A stretch of DNA of 63,867 bases, the filler included, from Phoronis australis (Eukaryota > Animalia > Phoronida), in the NCBI GenBank assembly GCA_002633005.1. It is 7 parts of 7 records of this genome, joined end to end, with 100 filler letters (N's around TTAATTAATTAA, not from the genome) between each part and the next. Parts side by side here need not be neighbours in the genome. Positions count along the whole stretch, not along the records: positions 1 to 22,976 come from NMRA01000267.1; 6 more parts are not named here. One strand, written 5' to 3'. Below the pieces are notes generated by a model. It saw only the letters and a program-made list of their open reading frames with translations. It did no database searches and had not been told where the DNA came from. This document shows positions 1-13,010 of this stretch, one piece after another (position 1 is the stretch's first letter; each line of letters opens with the position of its first letter). The position numbers and the translations under genes were made by a program.

Positions 1-1191
1 GTAGTCATCATAACTTTTCATAACAACCACCAAATGTGTAACATGACTTCTGCCCATGAACTACTTTTAGAGACTAGGGAGTATGTTATGTCTGCCAATG
101 AATTTCTGCGATTATGAAGTTAATTAAACATGCTAAAGCCGTCAAAAATATTGGCGCCTTCACTTTAGCTTGGTATTCATATTTTCTGAGCCGAAATGGC
201 CACATTAAATTTAATATGTTTAATTTTTTCATTAATACAATTTTAGGAATAAGGAGAGGCTTATGCTGAAGAAGTGGCTTCTGCTGAAGTTGGAGACTTG
301 CCGATTATTAGTAAAGGTTGGGTATGGAAAAGTTCACAAGCAGCAAGAAGATACCCTTCTGGACAACTAAGTGAGGGGGCTAGAGAGGCAGTAAAGTCTA
401 CTCCCCAGAAGATATGTCAAAGAGAATTTGTAGCTTGAGGAACGAGTCGGGGGAAAAAGTATTTGCCAAAGATTACTGGCTTATACCACAACAGGTCCAA
501 AGTAATTTCTAGACCACTCTCAGCAAATGTGGGGAAACTGGGACAGAGGAAGTGGAATATGTATTGAAAGAGGCAATCTGTGATTGTCAAGGATGTAGCA
601 TTGTAAAAATTCAAAGGGAGGAAACAGTACAGTGGCTGGACCTGTAAATACTCTGGCTGATCTGCTAAATCCAGTGGGGGCATTATTGTATCGGCAATTT
701 TCAAATAAGATAATGAATAAAATTGTCAAACATTGTTTTATTTTTTATATGTGTGATCTTCCAATAAGTGATTACTTTTAAAAAACCTGTGCAGAATTTG
801 ATTTTTACTCTTCATTTTAAGGAGAATAAATCCATAAACCTGCATTGTCTTGAAATCTTACTCAAACTACAGATTGGGTTGGGGATTGGAATCTTAATAC
901 AACAGAGTCTCTGAACCCGTACCATGAGCAATACANGCCAAGTGAATAATAAATCAATAGCTTTCATTCAAGGAAAAATATGAACAGTTAAAACTGGACA
1001 GTTTTTATACCGCGAAAACATGGCTGCGAAACCGTAAAATATGTTTGAACCTATAACTTTAGAAAAACACAATATTTTGAGGAAATAATTTACCGCTGTT
1101 TATAGATCCCATAGGACTACATATGTGCCAAATTTGGTGAAAATCGGCTGACCCCCACCTTGCCGCTCATGGTTGGTGCTCTCGTGGACTA
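1..1191 (+). mobile_element. 3' part of a degenerate DNA transposon: frameshifted C-terminal coding relic plus terminal region
   Basis: Positions ~260-500 translate with a frameshift to ..KGWVWKSSQAARRY.. / ..PEDMSKRICSLRNESGEKVFAKDYWLIPQQVQSNF*. This resembles the C-terminal GW..K/R.E.G...F....L..QQ..S.F motif of invertebrate transposon proteins (Sola3-like from memory). A terminus-like tract GTGCCAAATTTGGTGAAAATCGG...CTCGTGGACTA ends at 1191. Confidence 0.35.
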
Positions 1192-2639
1192 GTACTTAAT
1201 GCAGTTGAGAAACCACTTAAAATTGTGAGAAGACAATGAAGTTGCATTCGAAAAGACATAAAAAATGAGAGTACATGTCTACGTTTCGTTACATGGCACA
1301 GTAATGCAATTCACGAATCTACAAAAACAAGACCATATCCTCAACAAATTCACAAATCAGTATCACCAGTGCTCAAAACGGTCGAAAATCTCCGCTGGAA
1401 AATAGGAGTGACGGCGTATGTGCACTCGCGTGTGTATACCTGGACTTGGCTTCGTAAAGGATCGTGACCAAAAAAACATCGAAACTCCATGTTTGAATTT
1501 GGCATTCATATTTTACGTTTCTTAAACGTTTTTCCGAGCGCTTTACTCGTAATTCGTAAATTTCACGTCGTCAACGGTTTGGCTACGAGTGTAGCCAGTG
1601 GTCGCCGGGGACATCGTAGTTGTTACGTCTTCTGCAGTGCATTTTAAGTGGACGCTTTTTTGAATTGAAACTTACCAGGTTAAAAGACAATCACTGTCTT
1701 TCATAGTACGCTACAAGAAATTTATACTTAAAAGGAACCATTCTTTTCTCGCAGTTTAAGAGTCAAATCCCCGGCCAGGTTCACAGCCGATGTAACAGAT
1801 GCTGTGCACGTGACTGGCTGACCTACTTTTTTCCATATACGGGACGCAGTGCCACACATAAGAGGATAAACTCGAATCGCCCAATAATCATGGAATTCCA
1901 CAATAAGTTGAAGTATTTCGAGGCATTTATTTTCATTCTAAGTTATTCATTGAATACGTAACCAACATTACACACCACATTTTTTCTCTTAAAGTTTGCT
2001 CTGCATTCTCGCGCATCAATATAAGTCGTTCGGCTGTGCGGATTTTTTTGATATTTTTTCATTCATTCGTTCGAGTTGCAACGGAGCTATGCGAACAAAT
2101 TAAGGAAGTTTGCGCTAAGTTTTATCTGGTTTTCATGTTCAACGACACTGATGGGATTTGTACGGCAGGTCAGTGCTAGAATTTTGTCGGGCTATCATTT
2201 TTTTCGAAGTGTACGTTCTCCGTCGGCTATTTCAAATTGGCTGCTCCGTCGAATATATTGAGTGCCGCTTCAACTTCCGCGTCGGCAACTAGCATTAGGG
2301 GTACGGCAAATCCTTTGAACTTCGGGTGTGGGTTCTTCAATTTCAAAGATTAAGTGCCCATGTACGGGTAGTTAGCGCTGGAATGGATGCAATATTTCTC
2401 GACACTAGTCGTGCGGGGGATTCCGTATGAAGCCACCTTGTCGTCACAGAATAGGAAGGTATTCCCCAAAGATGGCTGCCAGTATTTGCCGATCGTCATT
2501 GTGACATTTATAGTAAAAATAGACGGCAAAAGTTTATAATGTCGAGTTATTTCTTAATATTTAGCGAACTTAAACAATGAATTGTAGGTTTCAATGAAAT
2601 TTATTAATAATAAATGTTAAAATTCTTCGTTTAGCCTTC

Positions 2640-2764
2640 ATTTTCGCCGAGGTTGTTTTGGAACAGGCCGTCTTTTTTCTGTCTTGGCCGTGCCGTCCAA
2701 AGCCGTCATTTTTTTAAAAAGGCCGTCCCAAGGACGGCCAGGACGGCCACTAAATGAGTCCCTG
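2640..2764 (-). mobile_element. hAT-like transposon end with subterminal repeats
   Basis: Clustered GCCGTC/GACGGC motifs end in GAGTCCCTG (CAGGGACTC on the minus strand). Confidence 0.4.
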
Positions 2765-4521
2765 GAACTGGGTGAAGCAGGACACAGTAAATGGCATTGG
2801 GAGAAAGAACAATTCTTCATGGTGTGTTGAACCTCTGTTTTGTGTAAATTTATTGAGTTTTGTGTTTGCTATGGACGGCTGAAGTGAAGTACTCATGGAA
2901 TTTCTAGTCCGAAGTGTCATTCCTTGTAGTATATTATATATTGTATTGACTATTGTGGACTATCAGAAGCTGAGCCTGAGGACGCCTGTGGAGCGAAGCT
3001 CCCAAAACATCCACATCGGTACATAAATTGAAACACGAGAGTCGATTCAACGAGGCACTAGTTTGATCCAGTGATACCTGATATTGTATGGATAGATACT
3101 CACGTTTTACTGTTAATGCTAACAATCTTAAGACAGCCTCTAACTAAACCAGAAGTTGCCATTTTCCACAATTGTGAGCTTCCAATGTGCTTTAGACCCC
3201 GCAGTATGAATGTGTAACAAGACAATAGCAGATTTACTGCAAAATGTTCCTGTGCAATACTAAAATTGTTAGAAATGCACATGACTTCTTCATCGTCATC
3301 ATCATTCTCTTCTTCTTTTCCTCCTCTTATTCTTCTACTTTTTCTGCTTTTTCTCCTTTTAAAGAAAGGGCAAATTTCATCATAGTGAAGATTAAGGAAG
3401 ACCTCACCCGAAGACGGGCTCAGGCCTCAGTGCCCGCCAGCCGTCGAGATGGCCAATAGGATTTTTCTCGTCGCTCCCCGCGCTGAAGTATGGAGTTGCA
3501 TTTTCACGAAAGACGTCGCTCTAATCGGTTAGCGACTACACGCAGTGTTGACTTACGTAAATGGTGGAGTTGGCTGAGGTATGAAGTTTTCTGGGCACAC
3601 AGGCGTAGCTGTCTGGGTACGCAGTACTGAGGCTGGAACTTAATTTCGCTGGCGCGAGGTCGTGGGTTGACCATCGGGCGGAAATGAATTTTGTTAGTCC
3701 CGGCGAACCGCCTGGGCTAGTCGAGACTAAAAAATATCGTGCGGGGGCGTCATTGCGGTCAAGTGACGACTACAGGCCTTGTCGCGCCACGTGGCAAATC
3801 AGTTCGTTCATCTCAGTATCGGCCATTCTGCGATCCCGCGACTTGGCTGTTCAGCTGATGGCCTCTGGCCCCCGGGCCGACTACTGAGTGGCTCAGTCCA
3901 GTGCCGGCGCCGGGCTTATCGTCGGGGCGGTCCCCCGGTAACTTGGCAGTCGTGTCCCTGCATGTGTACGTGTTCGATTGCCGTGGAACACGTAAGACTA
4001 TCGGCGTCGGAGCGCGCGGAATCCAAGGCCAGCATCGGGGCCGGAACGCGGCCTCCCTACTGGCCAGTAGACTGAAGACACGGCCGGCCGGCTGCGGCCC
4101 TGTGGAAGACATGTGGCCGCGCATACGTTCCCACTGAGGTTGGCGGAGCCGCCGGGACTCAGTGACTTGAGGTTTGCTGACCGGTTGTTCCCCCGGCGAC
4201 GGAAAGCGAGCGTTGAAGCCGCGCATGATTAAGAAGTTTCAGTGGCCTTCGTCGCGAAGGCGAAATGTGTCGATTTCACCAATCGATCGACACGTTAATG
4301 CGCGTTTTCACCGTTACCCTACTCGTGCCCACTGGTTGCATTCTGCAGAGCTGCAGACAAGTTACTGGGGGCAAAAACCAATTCGACTTCGCCAAACTAC
4401 CCAACTCTCCCCCCCCTCCCCCTCCGATCGCAACCACCACCGCCGCCCCAACAGTCCCCACTAGGCCCCGCCCGTGCTCCAGATGCCCGCCATGATTTGT
4501 ATCGAATCTCCAGTCTTTAAT

Positions 4522-4645
4522 TGTAGTGGGACGTATAGGCGCGTGTGGGCGCAGTCAACCATCTTTTGGCATTTGAAAGTAGCGCCTACGCACCGCAAGT
4601 TACGTTCAGTGCTCAAGGTATACGGTGGGCTTTAGGCGCCTACTT
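4522..4645 (+). repeat. Dispersed ~120 bp repeat, copy 1 (inverted copy at 53216-53335)
   Basis: The reverse complement aligns to 53216-53335 (GTAGGCGCC..AAGCCCACCG..TTGAGCACTGAACGTAAC..CGGTGCGTAGGCGCTAC..CAAATGCCAAAA). Confidence 0.8.
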
Positions 4646-6941
4646 GGCCTCTGATTTTACACTGCGAATCTCGCGGGGATGCAGCTATCCGAGAAAGACC
4701 TTAAGTTGAGTACCGGTACTAAACCGGCCGTGAACCAATACGGACTGCCCAATATAGGGCATATGGTGTTACCACTAATGCACTGCCTTGGTTATGCGCC
4801 CACTGACACACTTGGAAGATGTATATATTTGGACCATCGATGAATTTGCTCTATTATATTTTCATTGTATGTTACACCAGGCAATCCAAAATGCGTAGAA
4901 AAAACAACAACAAGCAAACAAACAAACCAACAAACAAAGGAAATTCTATTTTAATGATTCTTTTACAATTTTCATATATCAAAAGTGGCCACCGGCATTG
5001 TCAACAACTTTTCTTTTGGGCCATCACTTTTAAAACATCATTTTACCAGAAATAATTGAATATAGCTCACAGATGGTTAAAAATAAACATTTCAAGACGC
5101 TCCTGCTCTTATTTGTGAAGATAGAGTCTTCAAAACAGGTAAGGTTTCATACTTCAAGCTCAGTAAATAAATATTTCGGTAACACCGAGTAGGAAATGAC
5201 ACAAAATATGTTGACATGTCTTTGCAAAAGCTACAGACGTTCAATTTGGATTCGAATACGCACTTAAGGACACTAGAATTCATACTAAAGAAAACTGAAA
5301 ATATCAAAACAAATCACAGAACTGTTGTTCAGACATTGAATTTCATGATCTAGCTAATAGCTGGCATTCTCAACACACAATCTAAAGCTCTACCCCCGTG
5401 TCCTGACTGAAGCAATTCTTAAAAATGAATTGTTATCTTTTATCCCTCCCGCGTCGAATCTGTCGAGGGAAATACGACCATGCAAAATAGTTTTCCGTAT
5501 TCACTACTTCAATAGCGACCTCTGACCATGCGCGCAACCAGCCTTCAATATGGGGGGGGGGGGGGGGGGGGNCGCGCATGCTAACATGGAAAGTTCAAAA
5601 GGTAGGTCAATGTCGACTCGACGTCTTCAGCTGGTTCGACCATCAAACTTTCCGAATGTAATTTAAACTAATACAGCTGAAAGAGTGTAACTAACACTCG
5701 ACATGCAACCAGGCCCTAAACGTAAAATCTGGAACAAAAGTGTTAATTATAAGACACTTTCTCTCAGTTTTCAATTGCTGAATACTATATCATCTGCAAC
5801 TCAGGCGCCGATTCCTAGGAAATTAAAATATCAAAAATTGTTTTTTTTAACTATTTCCAGGATATTTTACAAGTTCACTGCTCAGTTGCCGTTGTTTTTA
5901 TCTTTGCTACCTCTTTTCAAGAAATAAATCGTTTCATTTAAAACTGTTTGTTTTACTAGAGAAAACTTGCAACCTAACGCGAAAGTACATAAATATAGGA
6001 TGTGATCCGCCATGTGAACAGTCTGCCGAAAAATGTAAGAAACTTAGGAATTCGAAGCGCATGGGATAAATACAAAACGTTCCGAGAGTGGCGTACATGA
6101 AGTAATATCCCACTCGGTACGTTTTGTGTATATATTTAGCTCAGTTAGACAATGCATCTGACGTCACCAGGCATGGACAATGTATCGTGCTCATTACGCC
6201 ATATATCAGATGTCAATTGCCATATAGTGTTTGATTATACCTTATTTCTGTTTCTGTTGACGAAGGATGTTATTATATCCGAAAATTTCAGTGATCCATT
6301 TTTGTTGTTTTATTTACGTATATTTATTCTATTTTTCGACAAACAAGTATATCCTTTTGAGAATCTCGATCGCCTCTTTTAGTTTCGGATTTATTTTCTA
6401 CGTTGTCTCTTCAAGAAAGCCTTTGAGTGGGATTGGAGATATCACTGATTTAAATTACACGTATTAGCTTGTTTGATACATCATCTGTGGAAATGCATTG
6501 AATCTGTGAAATGTATGAAATTATCTCAGCAGAGACTTAGCATTTTAAATCAAATGAGACTCAACTATTTTTCTGAAGTAGTTGTGTGGATACTACGGCA
6601 TTTCTGACTGAAATCTAGAGTCACTTTTTAAGCCAAGACTATGAACTTGGTCATGGTCTTGCCTCAAAATATCAGTTCTGAGTAAGGAACAATTTGGGAC
6701 CAGGAGCATTCGTTGGCAAGCGGGGGAACAGGTGAGTTGGTGACAACATGGGGAGGATGTCAAACTCTCCTACGCCTATGGTCGGGCAAAGCTATGTCAT
6801 CCTCCCAAATACCTACATCCAGATATGCCGATGCAATTTGAAAACGGTAACAGCTATCGATTAAAAGTCAATGTTTTTGTCAGAACGCAACAAAAAGTAG
6901 CTTCAGCCAGTAAATACAATTGAAACATTAAACAGTGTCAT

Positions 6942-7220
6942 CAGGGGGTCTGTTTCATAAAAAGTGACCAAGACTTAGGCGGAAGTTTGGTCTAACGCTC
7001 CACAACACGACTATTTCTGAAAAGTAATTAAATGTCACTTAAGCATAACTACAAATTATCTGAGAACATATACAAGATTGCTAGTAACTGAGATAATGTC
7101 TACTAATTAATTCTGGACCGTAATGAATTCATTATTACTTTTGTCAGCAATTGCGAAGTGGAAGCGAGAAACCAAATTTCTGTCTTACGTTTCAAGTCAT
7201 TTTCACGAAACAAACCCCTG
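6942..7220. mobile_element. PIF/Harbinger-type MITE with ~70 bp imperfect TIRs
   Basis: Left end CAGGGGGTCTGTTTCATAAAAAGTGAC matches the right-end reverse complement CAGGGGTTTGTTTCGTGAAAATGAC. Similarity continues inward (GAAGTTTGGTCT vs GAAATTTGGTTT). Confidence 0.7.
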
Positions 7221-8095
7221 GTAATTTCTGACTTTCAATTTGTTCCTATAATTACTGTGTCAAGATAATATGCCAGAATATATACCTTTGCACCAGATTA
7301 TGTTCACATTCATTAGTTAGTACACACCCAGTTCCGGCTTGTTATAATCAAGGATGTGCTTATGAGAATGCTCCTTTGGTCGAAATGCTAGATTATCTAA
7401 GTTTATTTGCAAATCTAGAGCACCGTAATTACAGTCAGGCTTTGACAATTTATGGTGAATCATATAACACAAACAACTATAAATGCACCTCCATGAACGT
7501 CTTTTTTCAAACCGTGAATAAAATTCGCAACTTGTCGATTCTGTAACAACGTAATTGTTATTTCATTAATGCATTAACCCGAAAATTTGAAAGGTTACAT
7601 TTACAAATGCAAATTTCTAGATAAAGAGTTCAGGAAAAAGTCACTGTAATTTTCTCCCATTACAGAACCGTCAGTTCCTGACTCCCTCAACATGGGAATG
7701 GAGACTGATTCCTGCGAAAATTATCAGACTCTGCTGATGTTCCTGGACAACAATACCAGACGGCTTTGCAAATTAGAACGAGTTTTCCCAGAAGTTATGG
7801 TTATAATTTCGCGCGTCAAGTACTTTACCTGGAGGACAAATGATGTAGACTACATATATGTGTATTTCTCACATAACTTGGAATGTGTTACGACACGACT
7901 GGTTAATAACATCAAGTACGTAATTTTTTGATATTACATGGGCGAATCACAAAGTAGTGCAAAGTAGACATCCGTACGCCCATAGATTAATAGTCTATGG
8001 TACGCCTTAGATTTTATCGTCTGCAAAACGCTAGACGCGCGCTAACCAAGCAATGCCGGAATTCCGTGAAGGTAACTAGATTATGATTGACAAAT

Positions 8096-8252
8096 CTGCC
8101 TCCCGTTCAGTAACGCTAGGACCTCGCTAAAAAGCAAGACTTCGCGAAATTACGTGAGATATTGCCGTGTATTTTAAATAAGAACACGTAACTTTGACTA
8201 GGTTTTAGCTAGGTCCTAACGTAGGTCCTTGCGTCTACTGAACGCACGCCAG
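8096..8252. mobile_element. Harbinger-like MITE; partial second copy at 19513-19611 and a related inverted segment at ~38610-38670
   Basis: TIRs CGTTCAGTAACGCTAGGACCT / AGGTCCTTGCGTCTACTGAACG. A closely similar 100 bp block lies at 19513. Confidence 0.7.
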
Positions 8253-9257
8253 GTGTCACAACTGTACGTTCTCCCAGTCAGAAGGACATGCAAACAAACT
8301 TCTTAAACGGACCAAGCCAGCCACCTAGTTGTATGAAAACTATCGTCAAAATATTTAGTATACAGCTTTGGGCCAAGGCTAAAACGGACCCATCTTCGGG
8401 GGTGAATTCCATATTCACGTGCTTTCAAACAGAGACGAATCCCAGCTCAAGAAAAGCGGAGACGAGACTNCAATTCACTAGAAAAGCGCCATCAAGTGGC
8501 AGGAATATGCATCATATTTTGTGCAACAAAAACACCTTTTTTTAAAAAAATGTGCAAGTGTAGACGTGGGAACTTTTTGGAATTTGATTTTTAGTTATAT
8601 TATCTAGCCACATAGAAAAACCTAGGTTGCCCCCCCAAAGTACTCACAAGGGTGAACGCTATGAGATTTGGCCCACCGACTAACTGTCTAGTTGTGCTGT
8701 CTCAAAGTCAATTCAGTGCTCACGCACGGGAAGCCCTGCTGACTGTTGTTTATAAACATTTGTCAAGTTTTAATATTACAGCTACAAAGACTAGTTATTA
8801 ATTAGATTCTAACTTGAAAATTTGTTACGAAGACTGAATGCAATTGTTAAGTTTGAAATAAAACTATTAACAAAAAGTAACTGAGTTTACCTTACATTGC
8901 GCAAGCGTGTTTTTCAAAAGTTGCCTCCTGGTTGAAAGTTTTAGACACGTCGAGTTTTTCGACAAACAGGTCGTTTTTACGGTTCATGTGAGAAAACAAA
9001 TCGGCAAGCCTCGGGATTTTTACGAAATTTCCAAGAGGTTTTGCCCGCCATCTCATAAACCTGAGACGAGTGTAGGATTCTTTATTTACGAAGTTTCCTG
9101 ATAATTTGCATACGAATACTGCGATGCTCAGTAAGCATTTCGAAAAAAATTGAGGTCGATTTTGTACTTATGTAAAATAAAATTCTTTTAAACATTTGAC
9201 ACCGTAACCACACTGCATACAAGTTTAATTCTAGAGTAGAACTATAAGTGGACAGTA

Positions 9258-9555
9258 CAGGGGCGGATCCAGGATTTTGAGTTGGGGGGGGGGCAGGGCA
9301 CAGGAATAACCAGAATTCCGCAACCTGCACGCGCCCAGCCTAAAATGTAAGGATGCAAGGGTCTCGAATTTTTGGGTCCGTGGACCTTATTACTAAAAAT
9401 ACGGTAAACGGGGTTTATTCAAGACCTATGCATTGTACATTCGCCACCCGAGCCCCCCTGTGCGCGCGCATATGCTAGTCAGCAATTCGCACCCCGAACT
9501 GCCAAATGGTATCTGGGAGAATTTTAGGGGGGCCATGGCCCCTTTTCCCCCGGAA
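9258..9555 (+). mobile_element. CAGGGGCGGATCCAGG-family non-autonomous element, right end degenerate
   Basis: Starts CAGGGGCGGATCCAGGATTTT + G-run, the same terminus as the complete copy at 18664-18816. Confidence 0.5.
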
Positions 9556-10039
9556 TTTTGTTACTTTAGGTGTATTAGGCTAACCAGATACATGTAGTCC
9601 TATATAGCAAAGCCTTAGTAAAATGAGAAAACGCAAGTTCAATCACGCAAGTGTAAGCCCGTCAAATGATAAGCGAAGCTGCCTTTTCGTGCCATGTTGC
9701 GTCACCGCAAGATCTCAGCACAAACAACAAAAGGTTGTATTGAATAGGGTCTGAACAGAACACCATTGCGTGCGGGTGTTGTTCGCAGCTGTTTGAATTA
9801 AAGGGTGATTCTCATGGTAACGTAGACAAAAGCGAGCCAATACGCCTAACAGTTCGTTACATTTCGCAATTTATGGCACCTAAAGTCGACTCAGAGCGAT
9901 GCTCTTAACATACTGTAGGAACCAAATTTACATGTGTTGCGGTTGAAGATAGGCTTTATGTACTACACGATCATCAAATCCGTCGGCCACTGTACGTTAC
10001 ATACACAGTACAAACACTTCTACGTGGTAGCCGCCGGTG

Positions 10040-13010
10040 CACCGGAAGAGGTCATTTGGTGCAAAGGTCATATAATTTTCAAAATGCTACTCCTTCTTCA
10101 GCTTAAATCTATCTTTTTGAACTTCGGTGCACAGGTGTAAGCCTACAAGGCAGATTGAAAAATTGCTTTTCTAAGTTATCGAGTCATCGAGTAAGATAAA
10201 CAGGTCAAAGGTCATTAGGTGCAAACTAAAATTGTGAGCTAGGCACTTCAAATTCACATGTATGATTGGCACATGCAATTCAATTCTAAATTCAAAGTTT
10301 CAGGTCATTTAGTGCAACCATGGGGTCATTAGGTGCATCTTTTTCTGAAAATTTGTCCCTTTCAATCTCCAAGTATTTCGATGTGTCAACAGTTAGACAA
10401 CTGTGATTCTCAGCATTAAACACAATTTTCACAGATTTTGAAATAATTCTCCTAAAGAGGCTTATAATGCACCGGATGGGGTCAATTAATGCAAAGGTCA
10501 TCTAATGTTCAAAATGTTATTTCTCCTACATTTTGAAAGGAATTCTTTTCAATTTCAGCTCATTGGTGTAAACCTACATGCCAATCAAATATTCAACTTG
10601 ACTAAGCAATAGGACCATCCAATCAGAAACAAAGGTCAAAGGTCATTGAGTGCAAACGAAGATTTTGAGCCAGACATTTCAAATTTTCATATCTGTTTAT
10701 TAAAATGTCAACGAGTTTGAATTCTAAAGTTTCAGATCATTTGGTGCAATCATGGGGCCATTAGGTGCATTTTTCTTCTGAAAGTTTGACCAATTCATTC
10801 ATCTTGTATTCTAAAGTGCTTAAAGTAAGACATCTGTAATTCTTAGCATTAACCAGGCTTACACTTATTCCCGCATCAGGGCTCATAATGCACCGGAAAG
10901 CATCAATTAGTGCAAAGGTCATCAGATTATCAACATGTAATTTCTCCCACAGTTTTAAAGAATTCATTTTTATATTGGTAAACGGGTTGTTGTATATAAC
11001 TTCCCATAACAATTTCAGTAATGCGCTCGCGCAGAGTCCATTATTGTGATGCCGTGACAATAATCTTTCTAGTTCTTATTCTTAATCTTCTTCTTCTTCT
11101 TACGATCAACTTTTGACGCCTAATAACTCCGTCCAAATTGGGTGCAGGTATGTTCAATAAATTCAAGATATGATTTTAAGCAGTACACAAATTTTGATTC
11201 GTTATATAATCATATTACATAATTCACCGGAAGAGGTCGTTTGGTGCAAAGGTCATATAATTCTCAAAGTGCTACTCCTTCTTCAATTTTAAAGCTATCT
11301 TTTTGATATTCGTTGCACAGATATAAGTCTAAGTTATCGAGCCATCCAATCAGATTAAACAGGTCAAAGATCATGAGGTGCTAAGTTTTTGAGCTAGACA
11401 CTTCTATTTCATACATCTGATTGTAACATGCAATTCAGATCGAAATCTAAACTTTCAGGTCATTTGGTGCAACCATGGGGTCATTGGGTGCATTTTTCTT
11501 CTGAAAATTTGACCTTTTCATTCACCAAGTATTCTGGTGTGACAACTGTGGTTCTCAGCATTTAACACACTTTACACGATTTTTACAATAATTCTACCAT
11601 ACAGGCTTATAATGCACAGGAACAGGTCATTTAGTGCAAAGGTCAAATACTTTTCAAAATGCTACTCATTCTTTAGTTTTGAAGCTATCTTTTTCAAATT
11701 CGGTGCACAGGTATATTTCAACAAAGGAATTTAAAAAGTTACTTTTCTAAGAAAACGAGTCATCCAATCAGGTTAAGGAGGTCAACGGTCATTAAGTGCA
11801 AACTATGATATTGAGCTAGACACTTCAATCTCACACACCTGATTGGCACCTCGAATTCAAATCGAAATTTAAACTTTTAGGTCATTTGGTGCAACCATGG
11901 GGTCACTAGGTGCATTTTTCCTCTGAAAATTTGACCTTTTCAGTCACCAAATATTTTGACATGTCAACAGTTAGACACTGAGATTCTCAGCATTAAACAC
12001 ACATTACACGGACTTTGCAATAATTTTACCGGAAGACGTCATTTGGTGCAAAGGTCATGAAATTTTCGAAATGTTACTCCGTCTTCAGTTTTAAAGCTAT
12101 CTTTTTCAAAATCGGTGCACAGTTATAAGTCAACAACGGAATTTAAAAATTACTTTCCTAGGCAGTCGATTCATCCTATCATATTAAAGAGGTCAAAGGT
12201 CATTATGTGCAAACTAAGATTTTGTGCTAGACACCTAGACACTTCAAATTCAAATATCGGACTTGTACTTGTATCTCAGTTCGAAATCCAAAGTTTCAGG
12301 TCATTTGGTGCAACCATGGGGTCATTAGGTGCATTTTGTTTCTGAAATTTGGACCAATTCATTCATCTTGTATTCTAAAGTGCTTGAAATTAGGCAACTG
12401 TGATTCTCAGCATCGAACACACTTTTTATGGACTTTGCAATAATTCTCCTAAAGAAGCCTATAATGCAACTAATAGGGCCAATTAGTGCAAAGGTCATCT
12501 AATGTTCAAATTGATATTTCACTTACATTTTTCAAGGAATTCTTTTCAATTTCAACGCACTGGTGTAAACCCACATGCCAATCAAACATCCTGCTTTAAT
12601 AAGCAATAGGCCATCCAATCATAAAAAGTAGGTCCAAGGTCATTGAGTGTAAACTAAGATTTTGAGCTAGGGATTTCAAATTTACATATCTATTTAGTAA
12701 ATGCGATTACATGAGTTTGAATTCTAAAGTTTCAGGTCATTTGGTGCAACAATGGAGTCATTATATAGGTGCATTTTTCTTCTGAAATTTTGATCACTTC
12801 ATTCATCTTGTGTTCTAAAGGGCTTCAGGTAAGACATCTGTGATTCTTAGCATTTACCACACTTTTCAGCGAGTTTACATTTATTCCTTCACTGAGGCTC
12901 ATAATGCACCGGAAGAGGCTAATTAGTGCAAAGGTCGTCAAATTATCTACATGTAATTTCTCCTACAGTTTTAAAGAATTCTTTTTCATATTGGTAAACG
13001 GGTTGTTGTC
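10040..13010 (+). repeat. Complex tandem array, ~390-440 bp unit of three subrepeats, in two blocks (10040-10995 and 11225-13010); probably the core of a HINE/Helentron-type element
   Basis: The anchor ACCGGA..GGTCA.TT.GTGCAAAGGTCA recurs at 10041, 10471, 10892, 11226, 11616, 12028, 12468 and 12908. Both blocks end in ATATTGGTAAACGGGTTGTTGT. A head-like segment with a (TTC)n microsatellite lies at ~11020-11100. Confidence 0.85.

Noticed and set aside
3392-4704. TTAAGG...CCTTAA as a Kolobok element boundary
   Set aside because: No inverted-repeat similarity beyond 6 bp.
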